Position numbers and translations under genes: made by a program. The notes beneath the pieces were generated by a model. It made no database searches. It was not told the origin of the DNA and was given only the letters and a program-made list of their open reading frames with translations. A DNA stretch of 64,000 nt from Phoronis australis (taxonomy: Eukaryota > Animalia > Phoronida): positions 186,001 through 250,000 of the forward strand of contig NMRA01000299.1 in NCBI GenBank assembly GCA_002633005.1, read 5' to 3'. This document shows positions 40,296 to 54,800 of the stretch, in pieces (the stretch's first letter is position 1; every line of letters begins with the position of its first letter).

Positions 40296-42757
40296 TAGAC
40301 AGACAGACAGAGAGATACAGTGAGAGAGAGAGAGAGAGANGGGGGAGAAGGGGAGGGAGATGGAGAGAGAGAGTAGACCTCAAAAACAGAGACAATGAGA
40401 ACACAAGAAGCACAAGATGACTTCATGACTTTCACTAAGAAACTGTCACTTACTAAGAGAACTGCAGCAGACTGGTAGGCGCCATTTTGCCAAATGAAGC
40501 TCCGATAGGGAAATGCATGCTAAAGTCTCCCTGGTGAACTTAGCACAGGGCAGTATGAGAAACGATGCACTCTGGGAAATTTTCGCATATATGCCGGTGG
40601 TCAGGGTAGGATCATCAAACCCCAGGCGAGATTCTTCAAACAATTTTGTCATGACTGAAAAGAATTAATTTAAAGAATATCAAACAGGAGCAATGCAAAC
40701 CACTGAAATGTGCCACAAATGGTGAACTTTCTGAAAATGGGATACACTACCAAACATGTTTCAATTACACAGTTTCTATTGCAAGTCACTTACCTTCAAT
40801 CTGGTTTCTGTTTCGCTTGCAGACATTTTGAGTGCTACGTCCACTACCGTAAGTGAAGCTAGTCAACAGAGGGTGCACTGGACAGTCCAAGTGTTGAGAC
40901 TATAATTAAAAGGATGCAAAGGAATTTGTTAACTGCAGACATGGAAATCTCAGGGCAAGACGGTTGCAAATATTCCACCATTTGGAGCAAAAGTCAAACA
41001 GACAGTAATTAAATACCTTCATAAACATCGTCAAAATAGTGGACTTGCAGCACTAAATTACAACGCCAGTAAAGTAATACTGTGCTACCTGCAGTTAAAT
41101 ATTACATCAAAACTGAAAATAGAATAAGTGACTTATTCTAGAGCACGGCCAACAATGGCATGATTTCTCTTTCCAATTTGATTAAACTAAAGTTTCAGAA
41201 GCGGAAAACATTGCTTTCCTTTCAAATTTACAGATCTGTGCCAAATTTTATCAAACACAATCAAACAGCTTGGCAGAGTTTGTCAGCAAATGTTCGACAG
41301 AGTTTGAAAAATGTACACTGGTTGTCCAAACTCACCAAAACATGAGATTCTGAAAATTCAGCATTTGGTCGTGTTTGCAAACAGAAATAAGCAGAGTTTC
41401 CCTGATTGTAGACCATACTTAGTACCGTAGTAAAGAGACAGTCTTGACGCAGGAACATACCTCCTTGAAGAAACTGTATGGTATTGGCTCAGCATTTACT
41501 TCCTTCAAGTATGACTCCCACGTAAAAGGCTTTTTATCTATAAATTCATTCTTGAAGAATTAATCTATTGAAAGTTGACATAACAGCCCAAATCATTCTA
41601 TGCACCAAGTGCTACATGGCTGGCTAAATAGGCTGGACTCGAGATCAAACGCTAGACGGAGTTCTTGTTGGTACATTGGCCATGATGCTGTTGGCACACA
41701 AAATGACTGAGTGAGTTATGCTAATCCTCTACCTATTTTGAACAAAACATAATAGCTAAAACAATCATTTTGATACTTTTCAAATATCAACTACACATGC
41801 CATTATTCAAGATAGAACAGTTTTACCAGTTCTAAAGACATACCAGTTGACTTGTCTAGTAAAACTTTGAATTAAAATGAAACACTTTTAATACTTATGA
41901 AATTAATAATTTCATCAAAAGAGTTTACAAACAACAAGTACATTTATTAGGAGGTTGCAGCTCTTTGGTGAGTCTCTTTTGTTTCTTGTATTCTATGGTC
42001 ATAGAATCTATCCAACCAATAGGGTGAAGGTCGACATCGTCGAACGTGGTCCAGTAAGTGTAGGTGTCTGTCCATCCATCAAAATATATCTGGATCTTCT
42101 CTTCCTCATGATTGATGTCCTCTGAAATTCAGACATTACAAACATGAACTTTAATTTGTAATTGTTTTTTACAAAAAATGTAATTAATAAAAGTATAGCC
42201 CAACAAGCACCAAGAAGCTAGAATTATACCTGGGTGCAAAAAATATTACAAGGATAAGAATTTGATAGATTGAAAGATTGCAATTTCAGAAATATGAATG
42301 CACATTTTTTAATGTTCATTACGAAATAGTCAATACAATTACAGACCCAGAAAGCGCCAAGAGGCATTGTATCCGGGCTAAACAGTACAATACAAAGAAA
42401 TCTATATACAATAAAACACACATATATAAATTAACAAACTAGAATGTATTAAATATAAAATATGATTATGAATATAAATAAATTATTGTCATACACAATA
42501 AGTGACTTTACAGTCAAGCTGATGATTCGAAAATAATCAAGTGTAAATTACGATGATATCAACTCACCCAAAGAGATTTAATATTAAAAAGAAAATTTGA
42601 AACTATTTTGAATAAAACCTTATTTTCATTTAAGACAAGTTCTTTAAAACCATTTTGTAAAAAATTGAATATTCATTCAAATACTAATGTGTGATACAAG
42701 TGCACAAAGCCTTGGTGAAGTGACAGAGACAAAGAATTATCATATGTTACACACTGA

Positions 42758-42812
<55 letters not shown>

Positions 42813-45800
42813 CATTTTTTTCTTTCATTCTCAAGTCAATAAGTAAAATAACACACAAGATGCACACTCCTTTTCACAAACTATTGCATTTAGTTCAAAA
42901 ATATTTCGACACCAAATAGAAAATAGCTACTTTCACTGCAGTTATGTATGGTAACCCATCCACATCACTTAAGAGAGATAACTTGAGGCATTCTCATGTA
43001 AAAATGGGCAATTTGAAACCCCATGTGGAGAATTTCTCACTTGCACTGGTAACTGCTCTGGTTCCCTAAGCCCCAAACAACTTTGATGGATATTCAACAC
43101 CCCCTTAGTATTGATGTAGATCTGATCTAATGAAGTGGAAGGTAATAACTAGCACTACTTTCTTAACAATGGTGGTCCTTATTACACCCAAATTGGTTTT
43201 CCCTGGCATTTGCACAGAGTTAATGCTTGCAATGTGGAGAGTAGTTTTAACTTAGTACATTTTAAATAATTATTACAAAAAGACTAAAAAATTAATTAAC
43301 GTTGATCTTGACAAAGGACGACTTCGATCCCAGCGGAACATTGGTTTTAAATATGTTTCATACCTGTTTTCAGTACTTTATTTTTAATACTCCTGTTTGC
43401 TTGTTTTTTTTCTAACTGGTTAGGGTTGCTACCTTTTTATTTTGTCTTTAAATGAAGTATCTAAACAACTCAGAAGTCAGTATAATTGTGAACCCATCCC
43501 TGAATTTTCCAGATTACAGCTCCATCAAACATGTCACAGCAAACAAAACTACACGTGTCATTAGTTCAAGTTGAATATTTATTAGTACTCATATCATAAA
43601 ATATATACAAAAGCGCAAATATGGTGATAGCCAAACTGAGGAATTGGAACCTCTGGACGAATTTTGGTTGCAGTAACTACATAACTATTCTAGCTTTTCC
43701 TCAGTCATAAAAATGAAATCACAGCTCTTGCCCACCGGCCAACCTCATCCACTGTTTGTACTCTCCCATTGACTACAAAGCTATCCACCTTTTCTTTCCT
43801 CGTGTTCCATTCCAACTACAAGTTAATTATCGAAACTGACACATTTCCGCGAATATCAGTTGTCTGGTTAGTGTATTACTTCTTTAGTAAAATAGTTCAG
43901 CATGCTCTGGACCACAAGCGAAGTTTTAAAAGTTATTGACATCTAATTTAGTCACTGTGTGTTGTTTATAGATGTTTTAATGTAGCTTAGTTGTATATTA
44001 AAAGAATAATCCATGTGATATTGTTAACTCTGATCAGCGTTTCGTAAATCCACCGAGTATGTCAATACGCACAGTGTCTTCAATCGTACCCAATGTTCGT
44101 AGTTTTTAGCTTAATAATTGTTCATCGATTTTTAAAAATTGAAAACCAAACTTGGTTGTTTTTTTCCATCTTAATACCGCTTTGGTATTCGTTTTTAACA
44201 AAAACTGTTGCTTAATGCATTTTGAAAATTCGCCAGCATGTACAGGCAGAGATGTTTACTACAGTTTATGGTCGGGTAATTACCCTTAATTGGGTCTTGC
44301 TCGCACCGGACAATGCAGTCATCGCAACTGAGTCTGGCTTTGGCACCGCCCTCTCTTTGATCCTGGCAACAGCCGCTCAGAAGGACGAGCGGTGAAAAGT
44401 CACGCATATCTTTAGAAATGCGTGACTTCCGTGTAAGCGTATTATTCACGGCATGATGGTATTGTCAGTAATAATCTGAGCTAACATACATGGGTCAGGT
44501 TAGCCTATCTCTGCCAACTGCAAAAAAACTGAAAATCTCAGGTGTAAATAATTCCGATGTTTCCATCTGGCATATAGAAGATCGCCGACCAAAAAAAGGT
44601 CGAACGGCTGAAGCACCACACACTCCTCTGATTTCCCACGTAAAAGTGAATGCAAGTACCTTCATTCTCTAAGTCAAATCCTCCACATAGAACGCAGACA
44701 ACCACACAAACTGTTGCATGCACGCACCCAGGGGGGGGGGTTCGGGGGCTCGAATGAGCCCCCCATGTGGCAAAGTGGGCAAAATGGTCTGCCTCTGAGA
44801 AACAAAAAGTCCGAGAAAATGAGACAAAAGTCCACGAAACAAGCACAAACGCGCATTTTATAGTGGTATCCCCGTTTTTTTTACTCCGCCCGCTTTTTTG
44901 TTACCGAAAGGTCCACAACGTCAGGAATTCGAGCCCCCCCTATTGAAGGCTGGGTGTGCGCATGTGTTGGTACAAATTTCGCCGATCTTGCCCCATTTTT
45001 ACCGAACAATTCCAACTTCAGTCTCTTTATTTTCTGTTCTAGCATGGTGGCAAATGTGTGATTTCATGAAATCAACGGAACATTGTGAATCAAAGGTAAT
45101 AAATCTAGCCAAAGTGTTAGTAATTTAAAGTTTGAAAGTCAAACCAAACTTTGAAATGGATTTAGAGAGAATTATTGTCACTTTGATACTCACAGTGGTG
45201 ACATGAAATTTTTCCAAGGTTGCCAAACTCAATCTGAGGTCGCATTGATGACCTGAAGGTTGTCAAATCGAGCTCTGTACAAAATGGAAAATTAACCAAA
45301 GACCAAAATGGGTATAGTACATACTGACAGTAGCTACGCAAATCAGACTCGGTGTTTTCTTATCTCTTGCCTCCAGCCGCATCCCCTTTTCAACAGGAAT
45401 ATTAATCTCAGACTGAAAAAGATATTACCAATAATTAGCCACTTTTGTCATCAAAGTTACAGAGTCCAGTAATACTATTTGAGAAAGATAGAGACCAGTT
45501 CAACACCAATGAAGTGCTGCGGGAAAATTAGAGTGTATATATCACAAGGAAATGACAACATGTTGACCTCAGGAGAGAAATGTTTGCCCCAAGTGCAGAA
45601 ACAATAGACCACACCAGACATACATGGACAATCTTCACTAGAAGTAAATCTTATTACACCAGCTTCTTTGTACATTAAATGTCATTAATGACATTCTGAT
45701 ATTACCAAATTAATTTATTTATCAAGATATGATTTGCAATTCCAAGACATTCAATGTTTCATCAAATGTCTAAAGCATGAATTTAATTGTTTTTTTTTCT

Positions 45801-48800
45801 TAATTCTTAGCCATGTTTTCTCAAATCTCTCATTTTCCCTGGCAAAAGAACTTTCAATAACTTATAAATGAAAGCCTTTAGTTACTGTCAATGTCCAGCA
45901 AAATTTCCAAGTGACAAATGAAAGACATGTGACGTAATTTCTTCATCTATAATTATCAACTCTTCATTGTTTAGCAAGAAATGTTTTTTATAAATGCATC
46001 AAAGGAATGCAAATTGACATTTCGTCTATCTTGTCTATATAATAATTTTGTACCTATCCAATAGATTTAAATTTACAACCTTGAAAAATGTATTAAACAA
46101 AACATTTGTTTACTAACCCTTCCATGGGTGTGCTTCCAAAAGAGTGCACTCTTGTCTTCCAGAGTTGAGAAGACTTTGACTTCGAATGTGACGGAACTTC
46201 CCTCGCAGTTGTCTGTGGCAACCACAGAGCCATTTCTGAACAATATAATGTTGGCCTGAGAAGAGAAAAAATATAATGATTTAAAATTAGTAATAAAAGG
46301 GGGCATAAAAAAAAGGAAAGAGAAGTTTTAAGGTCACATAAATTGTAAATGCGCCCACAAATGCATCACAAATGGTGTGCTTTTAGAGTTATTTTTATGA
46401 TAAAAATAGCCACTAGATGGCACAAAAAACATACAATCCATTCAAAAACGGGAACATGCCATATTTCATAAAAATCTGTCAAGGAACTTCAGAGAAACAA
46501 AGGAAAACAGAATAAAATGAAATTGCCACTTAATTGTGGGCACAGCGTCCATTCCATCTGCCTGAAAGTCGTCGTCTGTTACCTTCATATGAAATCATTT
46601 ACTAAATTTAATAAAGATCCTGTAGTGGGTTTTGAAGATACAGCTATGGGCGCAAAACAAATCAAAACTACCTCTAGGAGGCGCCACAGTAGTCAGTCAC
46701 CATCATCAAACGTCCTCTTCACACTGAAAACATGTACGCCAATTTTCAAAACCATCCCTACATGATTTTGTTAATCAAGGGGTGGACGTCAAAAACAAGA
46801 TTTGAAAACAGCAAAAATGGCCACCAGGTGGCGCAATATACCTCGATTCCATCCAAAAACAGGATGATAGTGTCATGTCACCAATAGATGCCTATAATCA
46901 AAATTTTATGAAAATCTATTGAGGACCTTTGAAGATACAGACTGGTAAACATAAAAAACTAAAATTGCCACTAGGGGGCACATCAAAAGCCAGATCCGTC
47001 CGAAAGTCGTCGTCGTCCATTGTCAACATCATATAAATACACTGGCTAAATTAAGTAAAGATCCTGCAAACGGTTTAATAGATACAGCCATGAGCGCAAA
47101 AACAACAAAACTGCCACTAGGAGGTGCCACAGTAGTTGAACTCGTCGGAAAATCGTCGTCAGCCATCCACTTCATAGTAAAAACATACCTTCAATTTTCC
47201 ACAATTACCCTTAAAGACGTTTGGTTGATAGATGAGTGGACGCCAAAAAAACAGACTCCAAATCAGTAAAAATGGCCACTAGGTGGCGCAAACTAGGTCG
47301 AATCCATCTGAAAACGAAGAGGTGGCATCACCTCATTAACAGATGCCTGTATGCCAAATTTTATGAAAATAGGTTGAAGACCTTGGAACATCAGAGGTAA
47401 ACGAAAAAAAAAATAAATTGCCACTAAGTGGCACACCAGTAGTCAGATCCGTCTGAAAGTCGGCGTCCTCCGTTGTTAACATCATATCAATACACTAACT
47501 AAATTTAGTAAAGATCGTACGAATGGTTTAGGGGATACAACCATAGGTGCAAAAAAAACAAAACTGCTACTAGGAGGCGCCACAGTAGTCGAAGTCATCA
47601 GAAAATCATCGTCAGCCGTCTTCCTTATAGTAAGAATACATGCCAATTTTCACAATCGTCCTTTGAGCGGTTTGGTTGGTAGCGGGGTGGACGCAAAAAA
47701 ACAGAATCAAAAACAGTAAAAATGACCACTAGGTGACGCAAGCTACGTCAAATCCATCCGAAAACGGGAGGAAAGCGTCATCTCCCTAATAGGTGCCTAT
47801 ATACCAAATTTTATGAAAATCCGTTTAGAACTTTTGTAGATGGTAAAGGTAAAAAACTAAAATTGCCACTAGGGGGCACACCGGTAGTCGGATCCGTCTG
47901 AAAGTTCGCTCATGCCGTCCCATCTACAGAAGGAACACATGTGAAATATTTTATGAACATACGTTAAGGCGTTTTGGAGATAGAGCAGTGGACGCCGGAC
48001 GGACGGACGGAAATGACGGCATAATAATAATTATCTTTTTGCTGAACAACTTAACGTGACTGTCTAAATCTTTCAACCACATGAGGCAACTTCTGAAAAA
48101 TCAGTTACTTTTTATTAATAGCTTTATTTTAAACTTTACAATTATTCAGCTTTCGTAACAAATGTTCAAGCTAGAATTTAATTAATAGTCATTGAAGTTG
48201 TAAATGTTTATAAATAGCAAAGTCAGCAGGGTTTTCTCATGCATGAGCACTGAATTGACCTTGAGACAGCACAAATAGACAGCCTCACAGTGCTTCTTGA
48301 GTTGAGATTCGTCTCCATTTGAATGAACGTAGATATGGAATTTGCCACTGTAGACCGGTCTGTTTAAGAAGTTGTTTGCAGCTCCTTCCAACTGGGAGTA
48401 AGTACAGTTGCGACACTTGATTGGTCAATCACAGCCTTGTCAACTTCATGGAATTTAGGTATTGTTTGGTTGGCGTGCGTTTGGTTGTAGGTATTGGTGA
48501 TTTGCAGACAATGCAATGTAAGGTGTATGGATTTCTATTCTACTTTGCACTACTTTGTGATTCGCCCGTGTAATATCAAAAAATTATGTATTTGGTGTCA
48601 TTAACCAGTCGTGTCATAACACATTCTAGGTCATGTGAGAAATAGCACTAAGTTACGCCATGTTAAGGGGTTTGCAGAGCACTAGAGTTCAGTGGATTGT
48701 TTCTCACAAACCTGCTCTACTCCTTGGGTATGCACTACTTCAAAATGGCCCTGACCATCCATGATTTCACACATTTTATCTTTTTCCCCGCTCCTGTAAA

Positions 48801-51800
48801 AAAAGGAACAACACATTATGCTAGGCAGCTGATCCCAGCCATCGTGACGATGTGCCAATCGATATTTCATCAGCGAAACCCGACCAACTCCACCACAACT
48901 CAGCTTACATATGCCACTGACTGGCAACATCGGAATTGCCCTTAGTTCTCTGGATTAAACACCAAATGGCGTATGGATTTGAGATTAATAAAAATCTACC
49001 GCCATTACAATGAGTACCATACTCGTCTGGGTTACCGCCATGCTCGGCTTACTGCCCACCCCTGAAATTTTCCATTTTTCATTTTAAGCGCCCATGCTTG
49101 GCTTACTGCCCACCCCCCATTTTTTACGATCGAGACCTCCTTAAAAGGGTGTGTGCTTTTGTGAACGTTCGTCTTGCAAAACTAAGATTCTAAAACGTGC
49201 GTAACTCGCTTACCTTTCACGACAATCAATCAGTTTTAGCAGAACCGGGAACTTGCCTTACTACAGCGGTAAAATACCCATATTCTCACGCTAGATTAAG
49301 CACAGAACTTCGTGTCAGCATGTACTGATTACTGAGACAGCACTTGTCGAATGTATTTCATTGCCGTGGAAGAACCAACAAAGCGGTACCGTATGTCTTT
49401 ATGAGCAAGAACAGTGTTAACAGCCTGAGAAGGTTTAAGAGTGTAAACGTCACACTTGTTACCTTAATGTCGTAGACACAGTAATGTCCACTTTGTTATC
49501 CAGATAGAACTCCAGAGATTGGAATTGCCTGTGTGTTAGCAGCATTTTTGTGCTGACGGCCATTTCCACAGATGACTTAATCTCCAAGATGTTACCACGT
49601 AGATCTTTTTGACGTGGCATCACATTGTACACAACATCAACAAAAGGCGCGGGATGCAACTCTCTCCACATATTCTGAAAAAGACATTCTTTTTTATAAA
49701 TCTAAAAGCAAGACCAACAAACCTGGACAACAGGTTACAAGGAGGTTTTACAAACAGTTATTTCAATCTCATTGCCATCTTACAATGACTTGTCCTATGA
49801 ACAGCAAGATCAACAGCCACACAAAGCACCACAACCCTACCCTGATTCAATAGTATTTACCTACAATGCTAAATCTCCATCAAAAACAAAATCTTACTAC
49901 TGCTATGCGATGATCCCCAAGACACATCAAAACTTGCTAAGCTCAACATTCAACATTCTGATGCCAGTCAAAGGAACACAATTGGTTTTAAATTAAGGAC
50001 TGCAAACAGTATTGTTCGGATAGTTGTTGTTTTGTAAGATAGAATTTTTAAAGTCATTAGCTTTAACCAGAGTCATGAAACAGAAAAATTTATTGTATTT
50101 TTGTAATTCCGGTTTTGGGTTAACAACTCTTAATATTAAGTCAACTTGAAATTGAATCTATGGGGTGCTATGCCACTCATTTGGTAAATGAAATTCTGGT
50201 GGATATTGAGACTGTTCAACAGAGATTGTGGCACTCACAGTGAGGCCACTATGTAATGTTTTACATACATTGCAGGCCATTGTTGGCACTGCTTCTAAAA
50301 AACACTACAACAATTAACAAAAGCTGTACAGCAAACCCTTTTCAAACAGAAACATGTCCCTGAAGGTTCTAATGAAATGCCAACGGGTTCATTTCTTTCT
50401 GTTATTTGGTTCTAAGACCTAAACAAGACAGTGTGTTTGCATGAATTCACTTCAAAATGACAATGTTCTGAAAGCAAGACATTCAATGAAATAGTTTTGG
50501 CCAGGAGCCGTTATCGTCACAACAAGCCTAAATGCTGTTTGTACTTTTATTCTCTGTTATGTCAGCTGTTTCTATTGACTTGTTTTTGTCAAAGACGATA
50601 ATTCCCCACCACCAAATGGAATTTTGAAACTGGAACCCTAACAATGTATTTCTGGATTCTCTGTTAAAGAAGTTGTAGCTGGAATCTGAAGGCAAGTTTG
50701 TGATTTAAAGTTCCACGTTCTGGTTTATGAAACCAATGAGACTCAATCTCTTACAAGACGATTTCAGCACAAAAAGTTGCTACAATCATCTGGGGGCACA
50801 TTTTGGAATTTCGGGCCATGAATTTTGTCCGCAATGGTCACAATTGAGTCACTGAGCAGGCAAACATTAGTATTACTAAGCTATGCAGTGAATAGAGTAC
50901 ACTCTCCTGATGATGTGTCATCAAATCTGTATTAGCTACAACAGCAAAACTTCATGTTCACGCAAACAATGGAAGACATTGCAGGCAGGATATTTTTGGC
51001 ATCAAGAAAAAAAATTAGTGTAGACCAATAATTGAGGAACTAGTCACAAATTTTATATTTCCAACTTCACTACAATTTGGCTATCTTTCTCTGAGCTTAA
51101 AAATCAACTAAAATGATCTTAAATGTGTTACTCAACACCATTTTTGAGTATAAAATGAGACTTGGGATCAACATTTTAAACCATACTGAAATTCTGGAAG
51201 GTGCTGCTGCCATAATCTAATTAGCCACTGGCTTTTTATTGGATATCCCACGTGACACAGCAGAGGGAACAATGAAAAGCGCATGCTTTGTTTTTCCATC
51301 GTGTGAACATTATTCTGTTGTCTGTGCTCCACAACTTTACATTATACTATGGTGAGGCATGGTGTTTGCGATGGGGAGGCATGGTGTTTGCGATGGTGAG
51401 GCATTGTGTTTGCAAGGTGAGGCATGGTGTTTGTGATGGTGAGGCATGGTGTTTGCGATGGTGAGTCATGGTGTTTGTGATGGTGAGGCATGGTGTTTGT
51501 GATGGTGAGATATGGTGTTTGTGGTGCATCCAACAACACTGCTGTCAATAATGCTGTGGTACAAAGAAATGGCACAAATTTGTGAATGAGACCAGAGTAT
51601 GAGACAAGTCAAAGGCTTAATTGCCAGGCTTGTGAATCCCTTGACATGTTACAATCACTTTGTCAAGTGTTGCTTTGATGAGAGAATTGTAGTAATTACT
51701 GAGATCACTGAATTCGGGAATCAAACCACAGGCTCCTGATAAAACCGGCAAATGTCCTAACCATATAACTGTTTAGCGCAATAGGCCCATCCATGAGGCC

Positions 51801-54800
51801 TGCGCACGTCTGATGCATCGCAAACGACACCAGACCACCTACACTCTTTTTTTTAACCATATAGCTAATAAGCAAATGCCCATTAGTAGGTGGCAAACAG
51901 AGGATCATTCTACAATTCACCCAAAAAAGTAGTTCACAATTTTGAGCATGCTGCTGCACCACTAGCAGGTTCAATTATTATTTTAATCAAAAAGTACAAA
52001 TATCATTATTTTTTAGTTATGGTCTATTTTATTCAACATTGGGAACTGTAAACGGACATCAAGCAAAACAGTATACAGGGGTCTTATCACTACTCTAACA
52101 TTTTGAAAGTATGAAAATGGTGTTATTAAACATCTTATACCTACCTTAAACAGAGAGTTCTCCAAGGAATTTTGGCCACAGTGAATACAAGCTGGGTTGT
52201 CTTCATGGTCATAATCATGTTCTTCGACAAATTTGATGATTGGATCTGAAATTTTGTCCATTATTTATAGCATGTATCATATTACACATATATGCAATGT
52301 GTACCTTTCACAAAAACATGAAATTTTTCTGTATGCCTAATTCATGTGGTTACTTTGTGCCTAAAGGCAATATATTTCCACAAAATAAAAGAACACACAA
52401 ATGACATGGTGTTATGTTCCTCTACTGGCATCAAATTACAAGGTATGCAAATTGGCAGAATTTTGCAAATCATGGGGCATGCAAGTGAACTTGAAGAAAA
52501 CCAAGGTGATCGTTTTCAGAAATAGCAGTCCCCCTAGACAAAATTATATGAGAAATAGTTCTACAATGGAACTATGCATACGTCGATGTGGTGTCTCATT
52601 ACAAACACCTTGTGCTGTTTATGACCCCAAGAGTTTCGTGGACCAAAGCCATTAAAGCGTTATCTAGTTACAAGAAAAATAAAGCTGCCTCAGCAATTTT
52701 TAAATTAAAGTGAAGATGTCATGATCTACCTCCATTGATAGCCTTTCACCTGTTCCATAAAATAGTTTACCACTCCTTGTGTTATGGCACTGAGATATGG
52801 GGCTTAAAGGAGTATGAACAATTGGTAAATGTATATATTTTTCATTTATCAAGTTCAATTTGTAAACACATGTTGGAAGTATGGAGTTGTTCTAACTTAG
52901 CAGTTAGGGGAGAATGCGATCGATTCTGACTGTTTCCTAAATATTTTGTATCATGTACAAAATATTGGTTCAAAATACTGGGGATGCCTAACAATAGCTG
53001 CATATGATATGCTTTTTCGGTCAGACCTGATTGGAAGATCTTCTTATAATTGGGCAAGTTATTAAGTACACTTCCGTCTGTATATGGTTTTTCAGATGTA
53101 TGGATTAATCAATCACATTTTAACAGTTTTTTCCCAGCATGTCAGTGACTGTTATTTGCAAGGCTGGGAATCTGATATGGAATGTAATGCAAAACTGTCT
53201 TGCTATGTGGGGTTTAAAACAACGTATTGTCTAGAGAATTATTTAAAAATAATTAGCGAGATCCCACATGTTTTTATCCAGTCTCTGATTCAATTGCGAT
53301 GCTCAAATCATTCATAACTTGTGGAAAGAGATCGCCACACAAATATTCCCTGTGAAAATAGGTTGTGTTAGTTATGTAATTCGGGATTTGTAAAGGATAA
53401 ATATCGTCTGGTGTTAGTTTGCAGTGCGTACCAAGGCCTTCAGGGATTAAGTACTTCAGCGGTCATTTTTGTCATTCTTCCACAACATCTAAATTTGAAT
53501 CTCTCATGAGAACTCCGCATGCCCTACTTCTACCCTACATCCACCATGCTCTCAAGCGTCACAATTTATGATCCAGTTTGTAACGCACCTGACAATGTAC
53601 TGTCCTGCACATGTTATATTTTGGGCCTATGGCCATATGTCAACATTTCAATAAGATCTTAAAACATGGTAAGAACTGGTTGTACCATTTAATTAGGCCA
53701 AACCTCCCAGGATTGAATAGACTTGCATGCGATTGGATGAATTAAAGTGCACTTAGAAAATAGACCAATCATTACAGGACTACTGTCATGACATAGCTTG
53801 TGAGTTAACTGTTCCAATATGGCTGAGTGCCTATTAGATAGTAAATAGCCGGCACCATAATCATGATGCTTTAATCAGCTGTGTGAATTTATGTATTATT
53901 CACTTTACAAGCTATAAGGACACACTCAGATGAAATGAATGAATTCAATGTGAATATGTCCCTATAGGTTGTAAACTTAAATTACTACGACCTATCAGGC
54001 CACACCCACAGCACAAGTGATGATGTGATTGGCGCTACATTCTGTAGACAAAAGACGCGCGTAAAAAACTTACAGAACAGAACAGAAACAATGAGTTCTA
54101 TCCCAAAATTCAACATTCCAAGGTGGCCCACCAATCACTTCAAATGTGCGGTCACCATTTCATTGGGGTATGGACACCAAACATACTCCCGAAAACACTT
54201 AAAATATTCTACATGTTCTTGCATCATCTTGCTTTTACAAGTTAGCCTAGTTCCTCGTTTCTACAGAATGCAGTCCTAAAGTTATCAGTGAGCTGCATTT
54301 CTGTAATCGACCGGTGGTCCCAATAGCCCACTTGGACTAAAGCAACTGCATGGTTAGCAGAAAGTTCCAGGTACGATCCCCACTTAGGACAGAGATCTTT
54401 CAGACTACTGTAACAGTGACTTGACCAACATAGTTACATTTATTAATGCCTGCACATCAACAACATCTTTAACTTTTAAGTTAGTGTTTAAGAAATATAC
54501 CTCCTCCATTATGGGTTTGATTGAAGTACACTCCTTCTTTGTACAGCACAAACTCCACAACAGTGTTAACACGTGTCATGAAAAGCCAATAGGACTCCTT
54601 TAGGTCATTCCTCTTGTCTTCCGCACCAGGTGGCAGCACAAAACGGTATGTGACATGAAGTGTGCTGTCAGTGCCTGAAATGTCCAAACATGTGTACCAC
54701 GTAACATGATTGTATATTGAACTTAATTTAATTATAAATAATTGATAGTCTCTACTTTTATATTTTTACAATGTAGATAGATAAAAAAACCTATCAGTAT

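Noticed and set aside
51342-51575. His-rich repetitive ORFs
   Set aside because: Translation of a 22-bp minisatellite.
54247-54407. Open minus-strand stretch after a cag acceptor (SLKDLCPKWGSYLEL...)
   Set aside because: No convincing donor, phase does not fit, and the neighbouring exons join in frame without it.
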